DNA of 64,000 nt from Candidatus Omnitrophota bacterium (GCA_022711395.1 JAKLFA010000002.1:67864-131863), one strand, 5' to 3'; numbered from the stretch's first letter, positions 17,203 to 27,662 are shown. Program-made: numbers and translations. Notes: generated from the sequence alone by a model not told the origin.

Positions 17203-18390
17203 ATGGATCGAGGGGTGGAAAAAAAAGACCTTTTTGTGACCCTGGCGGACCGCGATTATCTGCGAACTGCCAAACAGATCTTTGCCAGTGTTTTTTTTAA
17301 TGCGGGTTGGAAAGGGGATTATATGCTCCTTGCGCATGATGTCCCCGAGGATGACCTGGTTTGGTTTCGTAAAAAAGGCATCTTGATCAAGCATTGCGCG
17401 CCATTGTTCAGGGGCGGGGACGATCTGCCGGAGTTGGGCGGGATGAAGTCGGCCGTCGCAAGTAAATTTTATTTATTCACCCCGGAGTTTAAGAAATGGC
17501 GGACGGTCATATACTCGGATTCGGACGCGACCGTTCGTGCCTCGCTGGATGGGCTTCGCGGGCTTAAAGGATTTCATTCAGTGGAAGATGCCACGACCCG
17601 CCTTTGGCAGCAGGTGATCCGAAAGAAGAATATTCAGGGCCGGGCGCTTGACCGCCGCGAATGCCGACGGAGGATCAGAAAAATGCGCGCTGATTATGAC
17701 CTGAATGCCCGGCCGTTTTGCGCCGGGTTTTTTGTGTTCAGCTCCGAAGATGTGATCGATGGGGATAGGACATTTCAAGAGCTGTGCCAGTTGCTCGCTT
17801 ATTACGGGACAGTCAGTGAATATGGTGACCAGTTGACGTTCAATTTGTATTTTCGTCAATGGAAGCCGTTGCCGGTTGTTTATAATATTCAGTTTCATGG
17901 CGAAAAGAACCGCTGGCTGGTGCCGCCATCGGAGATCCATGGGATCGTGCTGCATTTTGTTACCGCTCAAAAGCCGTGGATCCATAAAACATATTTTTGG
18001 GATGAGTGGAGTGAAAACCTGAACAGGGCTGATCGGATAGATCTCAGCCAAATTCCTGACGGGGTTGTTTGGAGCCGGGAATCGATCGATCTGGTGTCTG
18101 CTGAGTTAAAAAATATTTTGATAAAACGTAAAAACGGCCGGTTGTGGGTGCGAATCGTGATGGACCGGACGCTTGGTTATTTTGGGAAGCTGATCCGATC
18201 GATGGATCAAAATGTTTATAGAAAGCTGATCGGGATCAAGCAGCGTTTGGACCTTGATAAGACGCTTGGGGTTGGAAGGCATGTTTCAATGTCTGAACCA
18301 GCGCTTAAAAAGCTTCGTGAAGTGGTGGCAACTGCGGCGAAACCGCCGGCAGGAAAAGATGGGACGAAGGCAACAGAGCCCGCCGTTTGA
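17203..18390 (+). CDS. Nucleotide-diphospho-sugar transferase, GT8-like
   Basis: DxD-type VIYSDSDATV. Downstream FFVFSSEDV and GDQLTFNLYF resemble GT8 motifs. Weak assignment. Confidence 0.35.
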   Translation: MDRGVEKKDLFVTLADRDYLRTAKQIFASVFFNAGWKGDYMLLAHDVPEDDLVWFRKKGILIKHCAPLFRGGDDLPELGGMKSAVASKFYLFTPEFKKWRTVIYSDSDATVRASLDGLRGLKGFHSVEDATTRLWQQVIRKKNIQGRALDRRECRRRIRKMRADYDLNARPFCAGFFVFSSEDVIDGDRTFQELCQLLAYYGTVSEYGDQLTFNLYFRQWKPLPVVYNIQFHGEKNRWLVPPSEIHGIVLHFVTAQKPWIHKTYFWDEWSENLNRADRIDLSQIPDGVVWSRESIDLVSAELKNILIKRKNGRLWVRIVMDRTLGYFGKLIRSMDQNVYRKLIGIKQRLDLDKTLGVGRHVSMSEPALKKLREVVATAAKPPAGKDGTKATEPAV

Positions 18391-18752
18391 TTTTAAACAT
18401 AAATTTAAAATGGGCCCTAAGAGATAGTTTTACCAAAAGAGAATGGTTCTTTTTCAAATTAATAACTTCCTATAATATATGTTATGTTAACTAGAATAAA
18501 CGGGAAGGACATTTCTTAAGCGTTTGAATTAAAAGGCCTTATCGCAAAACTATTTCAGGAATATTTTAGTGCTTTAACCTCAATCGGGCGGGGTTTTTCT
18601 TCAAAAATGGCCCATTTCTGTCTTTTTGCGGAACGTCTTCTTCTATTTTTCCACTTTTAAAATCGATCTTTTTAAGTGATGTCTCTTAGCGTCATTTGAT
18701 ACTATGGAGGGCTTTGCGAGAACACAGAATTTGCGAGCAGATTATAAACTAA

Positions 18753-18793
18753 AAGCCTCCTCCCTGGTTTTTAGATGCCCGGAGAGGAGGCTT
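18753..18793. terminator. Possible bidirectional terminator hairpin between convergent genes
   Basis: aagcctcctcc ... ggagaggaggctt inverted repeat with a ~17-nt loop, flanked by T-rich sequence on both strands. Lies in a 450-bp AT-rich noncoding gap. Confidence 0.3.
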
Positions 18794-18839
18794 ATTTTGC
18801 AAGAGGTTAGGGTTTTATATCGTATAGTTTTCTAATCTA

Positions 18840-19436
18840 TTACCAGTTTTCGTCAATATAGGCTCGTAAGATCTTTTGTTCCTGTTTGGGTTTATCTCCC
18901 GGGCCGGTAGGGGCGTTTTCTATGATTTCAAGGACATCCATTCCTTGGGTCACTTCCCCAAAGATCGTGTGTTTCATGTTCAACCATGGCGTTGGCTGGG
19001 TTGTAATGAAGAATTGGCTGCCATTGGTGCCTGGGCCGGCGTTGGCCATGGCCAAAAGGCCCGCTTTGCTGAATTTAACGCTGGGGCTGACTTCGTCCTC
19101 AAAAGGGCGACCCCAAATGCTCTCACCGCCACGTCCCGTTCCGGTTGGGTCTCCCCCCTGGATCATGAAATCTTTGATCACACGGTGAAAGATCAAGCCG
19201 TTATAATAGCCATTTTTGACATGGGTTACAAAATTTTCGACTGTTTTTGGAGCTACATTAGGCAACATGCGGATCTTGATGATCCCTTGATTGGTTTCAA
19301 GAACAACAATAATTTCTTGCATGGTGTCTCCCTCTGAAGATTGCGCGAAGCAGGTTTGAGTTAATAACAATGCGGCGATCGACAAACATCCAACAAAGAT
19401 CAATAAGGCGCTTATAAAAAAAATATTTTTTGTCAT
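18840..19436 (-). CDS. Periplasmic cyclophilin-type peptidyl-prolyl cis-trans isomerase
   Basis: Signal peptide. Cyclophilin motifs [34 protein letters not shown] and [21 protein letters not shown]. Confidence 0.85.
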   Translation of the reverse strand: MTKNIFFISALLIFVGCLSIAALLLTQTCFAQSSEGDTMQEIIVVLETNQGIIKIRMLPNVAPKTVENFVTHVKNGYYNGLIFHRVIKDFMIQGGDPTGTGRGGESIWGRPFEDEVSPSVKFSKAGLLAMANAGPGTNGSQFFITTQPTPWLNMKHTIFGEVTQGMDVLEIIENAPTGPGDKPKQEQKILRAYIDENW

Positions 19437-19466
19437 AGGCTGGTTCTCCTTTGATTATGGACCGGG

Positions 19467-21317
19467 TTAAGCGTCTTTTTTTTCATCTTCCGGGGTGTCA
19501 TGATTTTCGGTTTGAGATTTTTCATTGTTTTCTTCTTCAAATTCTGCGTGGATGTCCTTAAAGATGTCTGGATTTAAATGCGGCCGGCTTGGATCGTTAT
19601 CTGGGGGTGGTTGCTGGATGTTGTATTCCTCATCAATTTGCTCTTCTTCCGCAGCAGGTATTTGTTCTATTTCCAGGGCAGCCGGTGATTCCTCTCCCCC
19701 ATTTTCTTTTATGACAGCAGGAAGGTCGTCCGGCGTTTCAGGAAGGACCGGGCTTTGGGAATCTTCCTGCAACGGAATTTCAGGTAGATCCGAAGGTCCG
19801 CCGGTATCATCTGTGGTTGCTGGCGGTGTTTCGGTGGTCGGGGATATTGGCTTAAGCAAAAGTTTTTCCACATCGTGTGGCATGTCTTCCTGATCGTCCA
19901 GTGAAGATAATGTCGTCAGTTCTTTGGCTTCGGGACCAACGTCTGGGGCCGTTGGAGATGGTTGTTGTTCTGCGGAATGGTCTGGCTCCTCGGGCGGATC
20001 ATTCTCGTTCTGTAGTTGTGCTGGAGGGGTTGCAGCTGTCGGCTGCTCCTCCTCTTGCTCTTGAAGCGGCAATTTCTCTTCCTGGGAAGAAGGATCGTCT
20101 TCTTCAGCGGAAGACGTTGCCGTCAATGATGCATCGCCTAACAGTGAAAGGTATTCTGGCGAGGCAGAAATTTCGATCGGGCCGGTTTTTTTGGGCTCCT
20201 TGGTCGTGACAATATCAGTTGATGGCGTGTGTTGTTTTCCGACAGGCGCGGTTAAATCTTCGGCTGGCTGCGGGCTTTCTTCTGCAGTCATGATTTCTTG
20301 CGGGGGCTCGGTTATGGCGGCTTCGTTTTCTTGGGCCGGAGGAATAAGCGCCGGTGTGGCAGTCTCTTTATCAACCGGATTTTCCTGCGGAATGGATGGC
20401 GCAGCGGTCTCTAAAGGCGGTTTTGCTGTCGCTGTAGAGGAAAACTCGGATATTTTTTTACGTTGTTCCTCTAAAAGATCTTCCTTGGAATAGAGCTCTC
20501 CCTCCAGTTTTTTGATCTTTTCTTCCAGCTGTGTGATGCGCGTGGTATAGCTGCCGGATTCAGACTTGATGGAGTTGAGTTCTGCTTCAGCCTTTTTGGC
20601 GATCGTCTTGGAGTCCTTGATCTCTTTTTCGAGCAGGTCTTTGACCTTATTGAACTCTTTGCGGTTTTTCTGTTCGTGTTCGAGGTCCTTCAGGGTTTTT
20701 TCCAGGGTCTCGGACTTTTCAAGGAACAATTTGTCCAGTTTGTCATAGCGTTCTTGGATCTGGACCAGTTGATTTTTAAGTTCATCGTTGGCGATTGAAA
20801 GTTCGACTTCTCGATCTATGCTGAGGTTTGCTTTCTCGGTCGCGGGCTTTATCGAGGCTGGTTTTTGTGACTGCTGGGAAATGACGGACAGTTGCGGTTC
20901 GTTTGCCTCAGGTTTTTGGAGCTGAATGGAAGTTTTTCCGCTTTTGGGGTCCAATCGGATCGACGCTGTTCCTGTTTTGGGAATGTCGTTGGCGGATGTG
21001 GTCGTGTCAGGGTCTGGCAGCGACTTCGGTGCGTCAGAGAAAGGGCTTTTTTTCCCTCCGGGGATCGGGATGCGCGCCTTGAGTTTTTCAAACAGCGCAA
21101 ACGAACTCGCTGCGGAGACGGCCATAGATTTTTTCGATGGGGCCGCTGTTGCCGGTTTAAGCCCGCTTCGCTCCAGGACATCGGCCGGTTTAATCACGCG
21201 TTCCTTTTTGCCGGTCGCCTTTTCCCCGGGTTCTTTTCGGTGTTCGTCCCAGATGAGTTTCATGACGATGGCAAACCCGGTGAAAATGATCAGGATCAAA
21301 ATATAAAATGGCCACAC
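19467..21317 (-). CDS. Membrane-anchored coiled-coil protein with long acidic Pro/Glu/Thr-rich low-complexity tail
   Basis: N-terminal TM FYILILIIFTGFAIVM. Central heptad-like segment (...LEKEIKDSKTIAKKAEAELNSIKSE...). C-terminal about 300 aa dominated by P, E, T, A, Q. Confidence 0.5.
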   Translation of the reverse strand: MWPFYILILIIFTGFAIVMKLIWDEHRKEPGEKATGKKERVIKPADVLERSGLKPATAAPSKKSMAVSAASSFALFEKLKARIPIPGGKKSPFSDAPKSLPDPDTTTSANDIPKTGTASIRLDPKSGKTSIQLQKPEANEPQLSVISQQSQKPASIKPATEKANLSIDREVELSIANDELKNQLVQIQERYDKLDKLFLEKSETLEKTLKDLEHEQKNRKEFNKVKDLLEKEIKDSKTIAKKAEAELNSIKSESGSYTTRITQLEEKIKKLEGELYSKEDLLEEQRKKISEFSSTATAKPPLETAAPSIPQENPVDKETATPALIPPAQENEAAITEPPQEIMTAEESPQPAEDLTAPVGKQHTPSTDIVTTKEPKKTGPIEISASPEYLSLLGDASLTATSSAEEDDPSSQEEKLPLQEQEEEQPTAATPPAQLQNENDPPEEPDHSAEQQPSPTAPDVGPEAKELTTLSSLDDQEDMPHDVEKLLLKPISPTTETPPATTDDTGGPSDLPEIPLQEDSQSPVLPETPDDLPAVIKENGGEESPAALEIEQIPAAEEEQIDEEYNIQQPPPDNDPSRPHLNPDIFKDIHAEFEEENNEKSQTENHDTPEDEKKDA

Positions 21318-21398
21318 AGTGCGTTAAATCCTTTTTGACGGCTTTCTGTAGTTGTATTTAAACACAAACCGAAACCGCTTTCTAGCAAAAAGACAGAT

Positions 21399-21812
21399 TT
21401 ATTCGTAGGCCACGACATCCACCGTGAAATTTGCTCGGATGTAGGCGTTGGCAGTCAATTTTTTGAACGGCACTTTTTCCCAGAATCCAGTGGAGTTGAC
21501 CTTCAGGTTCGTGATCGCGTCCCCTCCCATGACAACGGCTTCTTTTTTCATGCGCCAGAGGATCGAATACATGTCCTCGTTGCGCTCCGTATTGAGGACG
21601 ATCGTTCCGAGCACTTTGTGGGCTCGCGAGACGCTTTCCAGGACCTCGATCTCCTGGGGATCGCGGTTCGCGTTGCGGTCCTCTAAAAAGACCTGCTGGT
21701 CGCTGTTGATATGATAAATGCTGCAGGATGTACAGAACAAGACCGTTATAAGAAGTAAAGTTGTGAGATGTTTCATCTCCCCCCTCCTTTTTGCTGAGCG
21801 ATTCATTTTCAT
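21399..21812 (-). CDS. Small secreted/lipoprotein-like protein, unknown function
   Basis: Likely true start at the internal MKHLTTLLLITVLFCTSCS signal/lipobox-like segment (about nt 21776). 4-nt overlap with the upstream gene. Confidence 0.4.
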   Translation of the reverse strand: MKMNRSAKRRGEMKHLTTLLLITVLFCTSCSIYHINSDQQVFLEDRNANRDPQEIEVLESVSRAHKVLGTIVLNTERNEDMYSILWRMKKEAVVMGGDAITNLKVNSTGFWEKVPFKKLTANAYIRANFTVDVVAYE

Positions 21813-22612
21813 AAAAGATTTAAGACCTCTTTTGGAAGTCTGTCAAGTTCCTGTGAGCCCAAGATCTTAATGGACCATTTAAGAATGCCGATCTTCTGTT
21901 TTAGGCGTTCATCCGGTTCGGTGACGTTCGCAAGGCGCTTCTTTTTCAAGAAAAGCATTTTTCTGAGCGTGTTGAAAACGATCCTCGCTTCACGGGAACG
22001 GTTATTACCGTGGCTGATGATGTCTTCCATTCCTTTAAAAGCCGCTTGATTGATCGCGTCATTGTAGTGGTCCATTTTTAACAAAAGGCGTGGAACGAAT
22101 GTTGCGTAATATTTATAGCGGTCCATAAGGACGAGCGTGTGCATAAGTTCGACCTGCAGAAACGCGGAGCCTGAACGGTTGTATGTTTTTAAAAGAACGC
22201 GTTCCGCCGCGGCTTTGTCCCGGTTGAAGATATCCAAAGCGTATTTTTCTCGGAAGGCGCGCACAGCTGCCGCCGCCTTGATGTCAGGGATCGTTTCATC
22301 CTGGACCATGGCCAGAAGCGTTTCAAAGTCCTCGTCCATGTAACGGTCCGCGAACCCTTGCATAAGGAATCCATCATCGAAATAATTTTCATCGATCATG
22401 GCCGGATCGAACGGTTGGATGCCCTCGCTGGCCGTGGGCGCCGCGTCACCGTTTATTTCGGAAAGGGTCTGGCCGGAGCTGGTGTCTCCTGAGGTTACGG
22501 TGCTTTGCGCGAGCAGCGGACTGCAGAAGGCCCCCCCCCAGACAGATGCCAACAGCAGGCATGTGAAGAAAGACATAAAGCAGGGGCGTGAAGAGTGTAA
22601 GATATTGTTCAT
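21809..22612 (-). CDS. Secreted hypothetical protein
   Basis: Signal peptide ...FFTCLLLASVWGGAFCSPLLAQ. No recognisable domain. Confidence 0.4.
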   Translation of the reverse strand: MNNILHSSRPCFMSFFTCLLLASVWGGAFCSPLLAQSTVTSGDTSSGQTLSEINGDAAPTASEGIQPFDPAMIDENYFDDGFLMQGFADRYMDEDFETLLAMVQDETIPDIKAAAAVRAFREKYALDIFNRDKAAAERVLLKTYNRSGSAFLQVELMHTLVLMDRYKYYATFVPRLLLKMDHYNDAINQAAFKGMEDIISHGNNRSREARIVFNTLRKMLFLKKKRLANVTEPDERLKQKIGILKWSIKILGSQELDRLPKEVLNLL

Positions 22613-23451
22613 TGTTCAAATTCCATTGTAAAATCGATTGTTGGCGGTGAATGTGTGATCGCCCCGATGGAGATCCTATCGATGCCGGTTTTGGCGACCT
22701 GCCGGATGTTTTTTAAGGTGATCCCCCCGGACGCTTCCAGCAAGAATTTCTTTTTAAGACAGGCGCGGATCTCAACGGCCTTTTTCATCTGCGAGGTGGA
22801 CATGTTATCCAACAGGATGATGCATGGGTCGGCCTGTAGCGCTTGTTTGTATTCTTCCAAATTATCGACTTCAACACATAACGGTTTTGAGGTCCTTTGC
22901 CGGACTTTTTTTATGGCGTCCTGGATGGAGGATTGGCGCGCTTGGGCGATCCTGTGATTGTCTTTGATCATGACCATGTCGTTGAGATTGAACCGGTGGT
23001 TCTTCCCTCCTCCGACGCGCACGGCCATTTTTTCAAGGGTCCGCAGGCCCGGAGTCGTTTTGCGGGTGTCCAGAATATGTGCCGGGTATCCCTTGATGGC
23101 CTTGACATATTGGTTGGTCAATGTTGATATTCCGGAAAGATAGGACAAGAAATTCAGCGCGGTCCGCTCGCCGGAAAGAAGCGCCCGGGTGCGTCCTTTG
23201 AAACGCATGATCACGGTGTTCTTCCTGACCAGATCGCCATCCTTGTGCAGGCAGGACACTTTCATGGAAGGGTCCAGCATGCGGAAGACGTTTTTGACGA
23301 TCTCGCTGCCGCAGATCATGGCCTCCTCGCGGGTCATGATGTAGGCTTCAGACCGCTTCGCCTTGTCAAAAAGGATATTGGTTGTGATATCCCTATGGCT
23401 CAGGTCTTCTTTCAGGGCGCGGATGATGATGCGTTTGATATCATTTTCCAT
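22609..23451 (-). CDS. nadC: Nicotinate-nucleotide pyrophosphorylase (quinolinate phosphoribosyltransferase)
   Basis: 280 aa; ...ERTALNFLSYLSGISTLT...ILDTRKTTPGLR...KDNH... matches NadC. Confidence 0.85.
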   Translation of the reverse strand: MENDIKRIIIRALKEDLSHRDITTNILFDKAKRSEAYIMTREEAMICGSEIVKNVFRMLDPSMKVSCLHKDGDLVRKNTVIMRFKGRTRALLSGERTALNFLSYLSGISTLTNQYVKAIKGYPAHILDTRKTTPGLRTLEKMAVRVGGGKNHRFNLNDMVMIKDNHRIAQARQSSIQDAIKKVRQRTSKPLCVEVDNLEEYKQALQADPCIILLDNMSTSQMKKAVEIRACLKKKFLLEASGGITLKNIRQVAKTGIDRISIGAITHSPPTIDFTMEFEQ

Positions 23452-23463
23452 ACGGGTCCCTTT

Positions 23464-26088
23464 TCAGCCGAGGTTGGAAAGAACGGTTTTTAAAGCGTTC
23501 ATCTTTTCCGTGAGTTGTTCGACCTTGGCTTTTTCTTTATCGACAACATCCTGCGGCGCCTTTGCCAGGAATTGCTCATTGGACAGGCGCTTAGTGATGG
23601 TCTGGCACAGGCGGTCAAGTTCATCCTGCTCTTTGCGCATGCGGGATTTTTCCTGGTCGATATCAATGATGCCGCTTAGCGGCACAAAAAATTTTAAAGG
23701 CCCGACTACTCCACTGGCAGAATCCTTGGCCGATGGCGTCTCGGCGGAGAAGTTTAAGTCTTCGATCTGGGCCATGAGCTTTAGTTTATCCTGCATTGTG
23801 GTCAGAAGATCCAGGTCGTTTTGGCTGCCGGTTATGACGCAGGAGATTTTCTGGTTTGGCCTGATGTTCCATTGTGCCCGCGTGTTCCGCAGTGCTGTTG
23901 TCAATTCCATAAAAAGCCGCATGCGTGTTTCCGCGACGGAGTTTTTGAACTGCTTGTTGGCCTTTGGCCAGGCCTGTCTGGAAAGGCATTCCTGGGAGAC
24001 CCCCAGATGCTGCCAGATCTCCTCTGTAACAAAAGGAATGAACGGATGCATGAGGCGGATCGACTGTTCAAGAACGGCAAATGTTATCCGTTGGACGTCC
24101 TCCCTGCTCAAGTCGGGCTTGACCAGTTCCAGGTACCAGTCGCAGAACGCCCCCCAGAAAAAATCATAGATGGCGTTCTCAGCTTCTGAAAAACGGAATT
24201 GGTCCAGCGCCGTGTCCACAGTTTCGATCGTTGATTGAAGGCGCGAGACGATCCATTGGGCCGGGAGATCAGCGTTTGCCAGGTTTATATTTTCCAGGGC
24301 CGATGCTGGGCGGTCAGTGAAACGCACGTTCATCAAAACAAGACGGCTGGCATTCCAGATCTTATTGGCAAAGTTGCGGCCGATCTCAAATTTATCTTTT
24401 GAAATATAAATGTCCTGACCGGAATTGATGATCAGGCTAAAACGCAAGGCGTCGGCGCCGTATTCTTGGATGATCTCCAAGGGATCAATGGCATTGCCGA
24501 GAGATTTTGACATTTTTCGACCTTGTGCGTCCCGCACGGTCCCGTGGATCAGGACATTGTGGAACGGCACATCCCCCATGAATTCAATGCCTGCCATGAT
24601 CATGCGTGCCACCCAGAAAAAGATGATCTCGGAGGCGGTGAACAGAGATTGTGTCGGATAAAAATAACGGGTGTCTTCATTGTTTTGCGGCCAGCCAAAA
24701 GTGGCGAAAGGCCATAGCCACGAGGAAAACCAGGTGTCTAAGACATCTTCATCCTGTTTGAGCAGGGTGCTCGAACATTTTGGGCAGCGGAACGGGTCTT
24801 CCAGGGCCACGATCACCTCCCCGCATTCCTGGCAATACCAAACCGGGATCCGGTGCCCCCACCAGATCTGGCGGCTGATACACCAGTCGCGGATATTCTC
24901 AAGCCAGGCGGTGTAGACCTTGCTCCAGCGTTCCGGATAAAAGCGCACGGTCCCGTCTTGAACGACCTTTAAGGCGGGAGCGGCCAGCGGTTTCATTTTT
25001 ACGAACCACTGTTTGGAAAGATATGGTTCAACGACCGTGTGGCAGCGGTAGCAGTGTCCGACGGCATGGGAATGTTTTTCGATCTTTTCAAGGGCTTTGA
25101 GTTCATTCAAAAATTCAACGATGGCCTCCCTCGCCTCAAAACGGTCGGTCCCTGCGAACTCTCCGGCGTTCTCATTCATGCGGCCGTCCGGATGCATGAC
25201 ATTGACGCTGGGAAGATTATGGCGTTGGCCCATGGCAAAGTCATTGGGGTCATGCGCCGGGGTGACCTTGACCGCGCCTGTCCCGAATTCCGGGCTCACG
25301 AAGTCATCAGCGATGATCGGGATCTCTCGATCAACGATCGGAAGGATCAGAGTCTCTCCGATAAGATCTTGATATCGGGGATCCTTGGGATTGACGGCAA
25401 CGGCCGTGTCACCCAGCATGGTTTCCGGGCGTGTTGTCGCCACTGTTAGATATTTGGACCGGTCTTTTTTGAGCGGGTAATGGATATAATAGAGCGCGCC
25501 TTGATGTTCCTGGTGCTCAGCCTCTTCGTCGGATAACGCGGTCTGGCAGCGTGGGCACCAGTTGATAATGTACTGCCCCTGATAGATGAGCCCCTTTTCG
25601 TAAAGTGAAACGAACACGTGCCGCACGGCCTGGCTGTAGTCCTCATCCATGGTAAAGCGGGTCCGGTCCCAGTCACAGGATGAACCGAGTTTTTTCAACT
25701 GGTTGATGATGGTGTCCCCGTATTGTTTTTTCCAGGCCCAAAGCCGCTCTAAAAGCGCCTCACGTCCGATATCATGCCGTGTCTTCTTTTCTTTGGCGAG
25801 CTGTTTCTCGACCACATTCTGTGTGGCGATCCCCGCGTGATCGGTCCCGGGCATCCAGCAGGCCTCATGACCGCCCATCCTTTTATGGCGGATGATGATG
25901 TCCTGCAGTGTATTATTGAGAGCGTGGCCCATGTGCAGGATCCCCGTGACGTTCGGCGGTGGGATCACAACAGAGTAAGCCGTTTTTTCGGGATCGGTCC
26001 GGGCGTGAAAGATATGGTTATCCTCCCAGAAACGGCACCATTTTTCTTCCACATCCGTAAAATTGAATCTTGTCGACATCTCAGCCAT
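23464..26088 (-). CDS. valS: Valyl-tRNA synthetase
   Basis: HIGH-class motif PPPNVTGILHMGHALN, KMSKS as KMSKSLGN. 874 aa with C-terminal coiled coil. Confidence 0.95.
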   Translation of the reverse strand: MAEMSTRFNFTDVEEKWCRFWEDNHIFHARTDPEKTAYSVVIPPPNVTGILHMGHALNNTLQDIIIRHKRMGGHEACWMPGTDHAGIATQNVVEKQLAKEKKTRHDIGREALLERLWAWKKQYGDTIINQLKKLGSSCDWDRTRFTMDEDYSQAVRHVFVSLYEKGLIYQGQYIINWCPRCQTALSDEEAEHQEHQGALYYIHYPLKKDRSKYLTVATTRPETMLGDTAVAVNPKDPRYQDLIGETLILPIVDREIPIIADDFVSPEFGTGAVKVTPAHDPNDFAMGQRHNLPSVNVMHPDGRMNENAGEFAGTDRFEAREAIVEFLNELKALEKIEKHSHAVGHCYRCHTVVEPYLSKQWFVKMKPLAAPALKVVQDGTVRFYPERWSKVYTAWLENIRDWCISRQIWWGHRIPVWYCQECGEVIVALEDPFRCPKCSSTLLKQDEDVLDTWFSSWLWPFATFGWPQNNEDTRYFYPTQSLFTASEIIFFWVARMIMAGIEFMGDVPFHNVLIHGTVRDAQGRKMSKSLGNAIDPLEIIQEYGADALRFSLIINSGQDIYISKDKFEIGRNFANKIWNASRLVLMNVRFTDRPASALENINLANADLPAQWIVSRLQSTIETVDTALDQFRFSEAENAIYDFFWGAFCDWYLELVKPDLSREDVQRITFAVLEQSIRLMHPFIPFVTEEIWQHLGVSQECLSRQAWPKANKQFKNSVAETRMRLFMELTTALRNTRAQWNIRPNQKISCVITGSQNDLDLLTTMQDKLKLMAQIEDLNFSAETPSAKDSASGVVGPLKFFVPLSGIIDIDQEKSRMRKEQDELDRLCQTITKRLSNEQFLAKAPQDVVDKEKAKVEQLTEKMNALKTVLSNLG

Positions 26089-26090
26089 GG

Positions 26091-27662
26091 CTATTTTTTG
26101 GAATCCTTCAAAAGTTTATATTCAATGCTGTCCGTCAGGGCCTCCCAGCTGGCCTCAATGATGTTTTCATGGACACCGACCGTGGTCCAGGAATCATGAT
26201 GGTCTTGGGATTCGATCAACACGCGGACACGCGCGGCCGTTCCTTCGTTCGTATCCAGCACGCGGACTTTATAATCGGTCAAGTGCATGTCTTTAAGGCC
26301 AGGATAGACCTCGGTGAGCGCCTGGCGCAGGGCGAGGTCCAGAGCATCCACAGGCCCATCCCCTTCCGCGGCGCTGAATTTTTCTTTTCCATGGATGGAA
26401 AGGCGGATCGAAGCTTCAGCAAAGATCCGTCCATCAAAGCGCTTTTCCGTCGACACTTTAAAGCCCTCCAGTTTGAAGAACGGCTGGTATTGTTTAAGGC
26501 TGCGCTTCATGAACAGCTCGAACGATGCGTCGGCGGCTTCGAATTGGTAGCCGCTGTGCTCTTTGAGTTGCAGGTCCTTGAGGAGCTTTTTCGCCTCTTT
26601 GGATTTTTTATCCATGGCAATGTTCATCTGCTGGGCCTTGATCACGATCGGCATTTTTCCAGCCAGCTCCGAGGTGATGAAACGCCGGTGATTGCCGACG
26701 GTCTCGGGCCGGATGTGTTCATAGGCCAGAGGGTTCTTGATCACGGCATCGATATGCACCCCTCCCTTGTGCGCGAACGCTGAGTGCCCGGTAAAAGGGT
26801 GATTGTCCGCCAGCTTGACATTGCTGATTTCACTCAAAAAGTATGAGATGTCTGTCAGGTTCTTGAGCTGTGTCTCGGGGATCGCTTTGCGCCCCATTTT
26901 GGTGTGCAGGATCCCGATGATGGTCCCTAAGTCCGCGTTACCGCAGCGTTCTCCCAGGCCGTTAAAAGTCCCCTGGACCTGAGAACAGCCTTCCTCAACA
27001 GCCGCGATGCTGTTGGCGACCGCCATATCCAGATCGTTATGAGTGTGGATCCCCAAGGGGACAGAGATGTTTTTTTTGACCTCTGCCACGATCCTGCGGA
27101 CATCCTGCGGCAGCGTTCCTCCGTTGGTGTCGCAGAGGATGATGCAGTCGGCTTTGGCTTCTTGAGCTGATAAAAGCGTCCGGAGAGCGTAGTCGGGATT
27201 GCTTTTATACCCGTCAAAAAAATGTTCCGCGTCGTAAAAGACCTCACGCTTGCGTTTTTTTAAGAATTCAACAGAGTCGCGGATCATGCTGAGGTTCTCA
27301 TCAAGGGTCGTTTTGATCACGTCTGTCACGTGCAAATCCCAGGTCTTTCCGAAGATCGTCACGGTCGGAGCCTTGGAGCGGATGAGCTCCTTTAAGTTCG
27401 TATCCTCCTCCGGTCTGATCCTGGCCCGTCTCGTTGAGCCAAAGGCCGCGATCTTGGCGGTCTTTAGTTTTTTGTTCTGGACCAGTTTGAAGATCTCGCG
27501 GTCTTTTGGGTTGGATCCCGGCCAACCGCATTCAATATAATGCACGCCGAGCTGATCGAGCTTTTCAACGATCTTGAGCTTGTCATTCACAGTAAAGGAG
27601 ATCCCTTCGGTTTGGGATCCGTCCCGTAATGTGGTATCGTAGATGGTAACTCGATTTGACAT
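26091..27662 (-). CDS. cimA: (R)-citramalate synthase / 2-isopropylmalate synthase family (long-form CimA/LeuA)
   Basis: N-terminus RVTIYDTTLRDGSQTEGISF and HxH metal site ...GIHTHNDLDMAVANS... 523 aa with C-terminal LeuA-dimer regulatory domain. Confidence 0.75.
   Translation of the reverse strand: MSNRVTIYDTTLRDGSQTEGISFTVNDKLKIVEKLDQLGVHYIECGWPGSNPKDREIFKLVQNKKLKTAKIAAFGSTRRARIRPEEDTNLKELIRSKAPTVTIFGKTWDLHVTDVIKTTLDENLSMIRDSVEFLKKRKREVFYDAEHFFDGYKSNPDYALRTLLSAQEAKADCIILCDTNGGTLPQDVRRIVAEVKKNISVPLGIHTHNDLDMAVANSIAAVEEGCSQVQGTFNGLGERCGNADLGTIIGILHTKMGRKAIPETQLKNLTDISYFLSEISNVKLADNHPFTGHSAFAHKGGVHIDAVIKNPLAYEHIRPETVGNHRRFITSELAGKMPIVIKAQQMNIAMDKKSKEAKKLLKDLQLKEHSGYQFEAADASFELFMKRSLKQYQPFFKLEGFKVSTEKRFDGRIFAEASIRLSIHGKEKFSAAEGDGPVDALDLALRQALTEVYPGLKDMHLTDYKVRVLDTNEGTAARVRVLIESQDHHDSWTTVGVHENIIEASWEALTDSIEYKLLKDSKK

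Noticed and set aside
19525-20748. Several plus-strand ORFs inside the low-complexity coiled-coil gene
   Set aside because: They are a compositional artefact of the repetitive Glu/Pro/Thr codons on the opposite strand.
23363-26783. Multiple plus-strand ORFs (23363-24169, 25774-26199, 26070-26783 etc.) inside valS and cimA
   Set aside because: They are antisense shadows of long, strongly supported genes.
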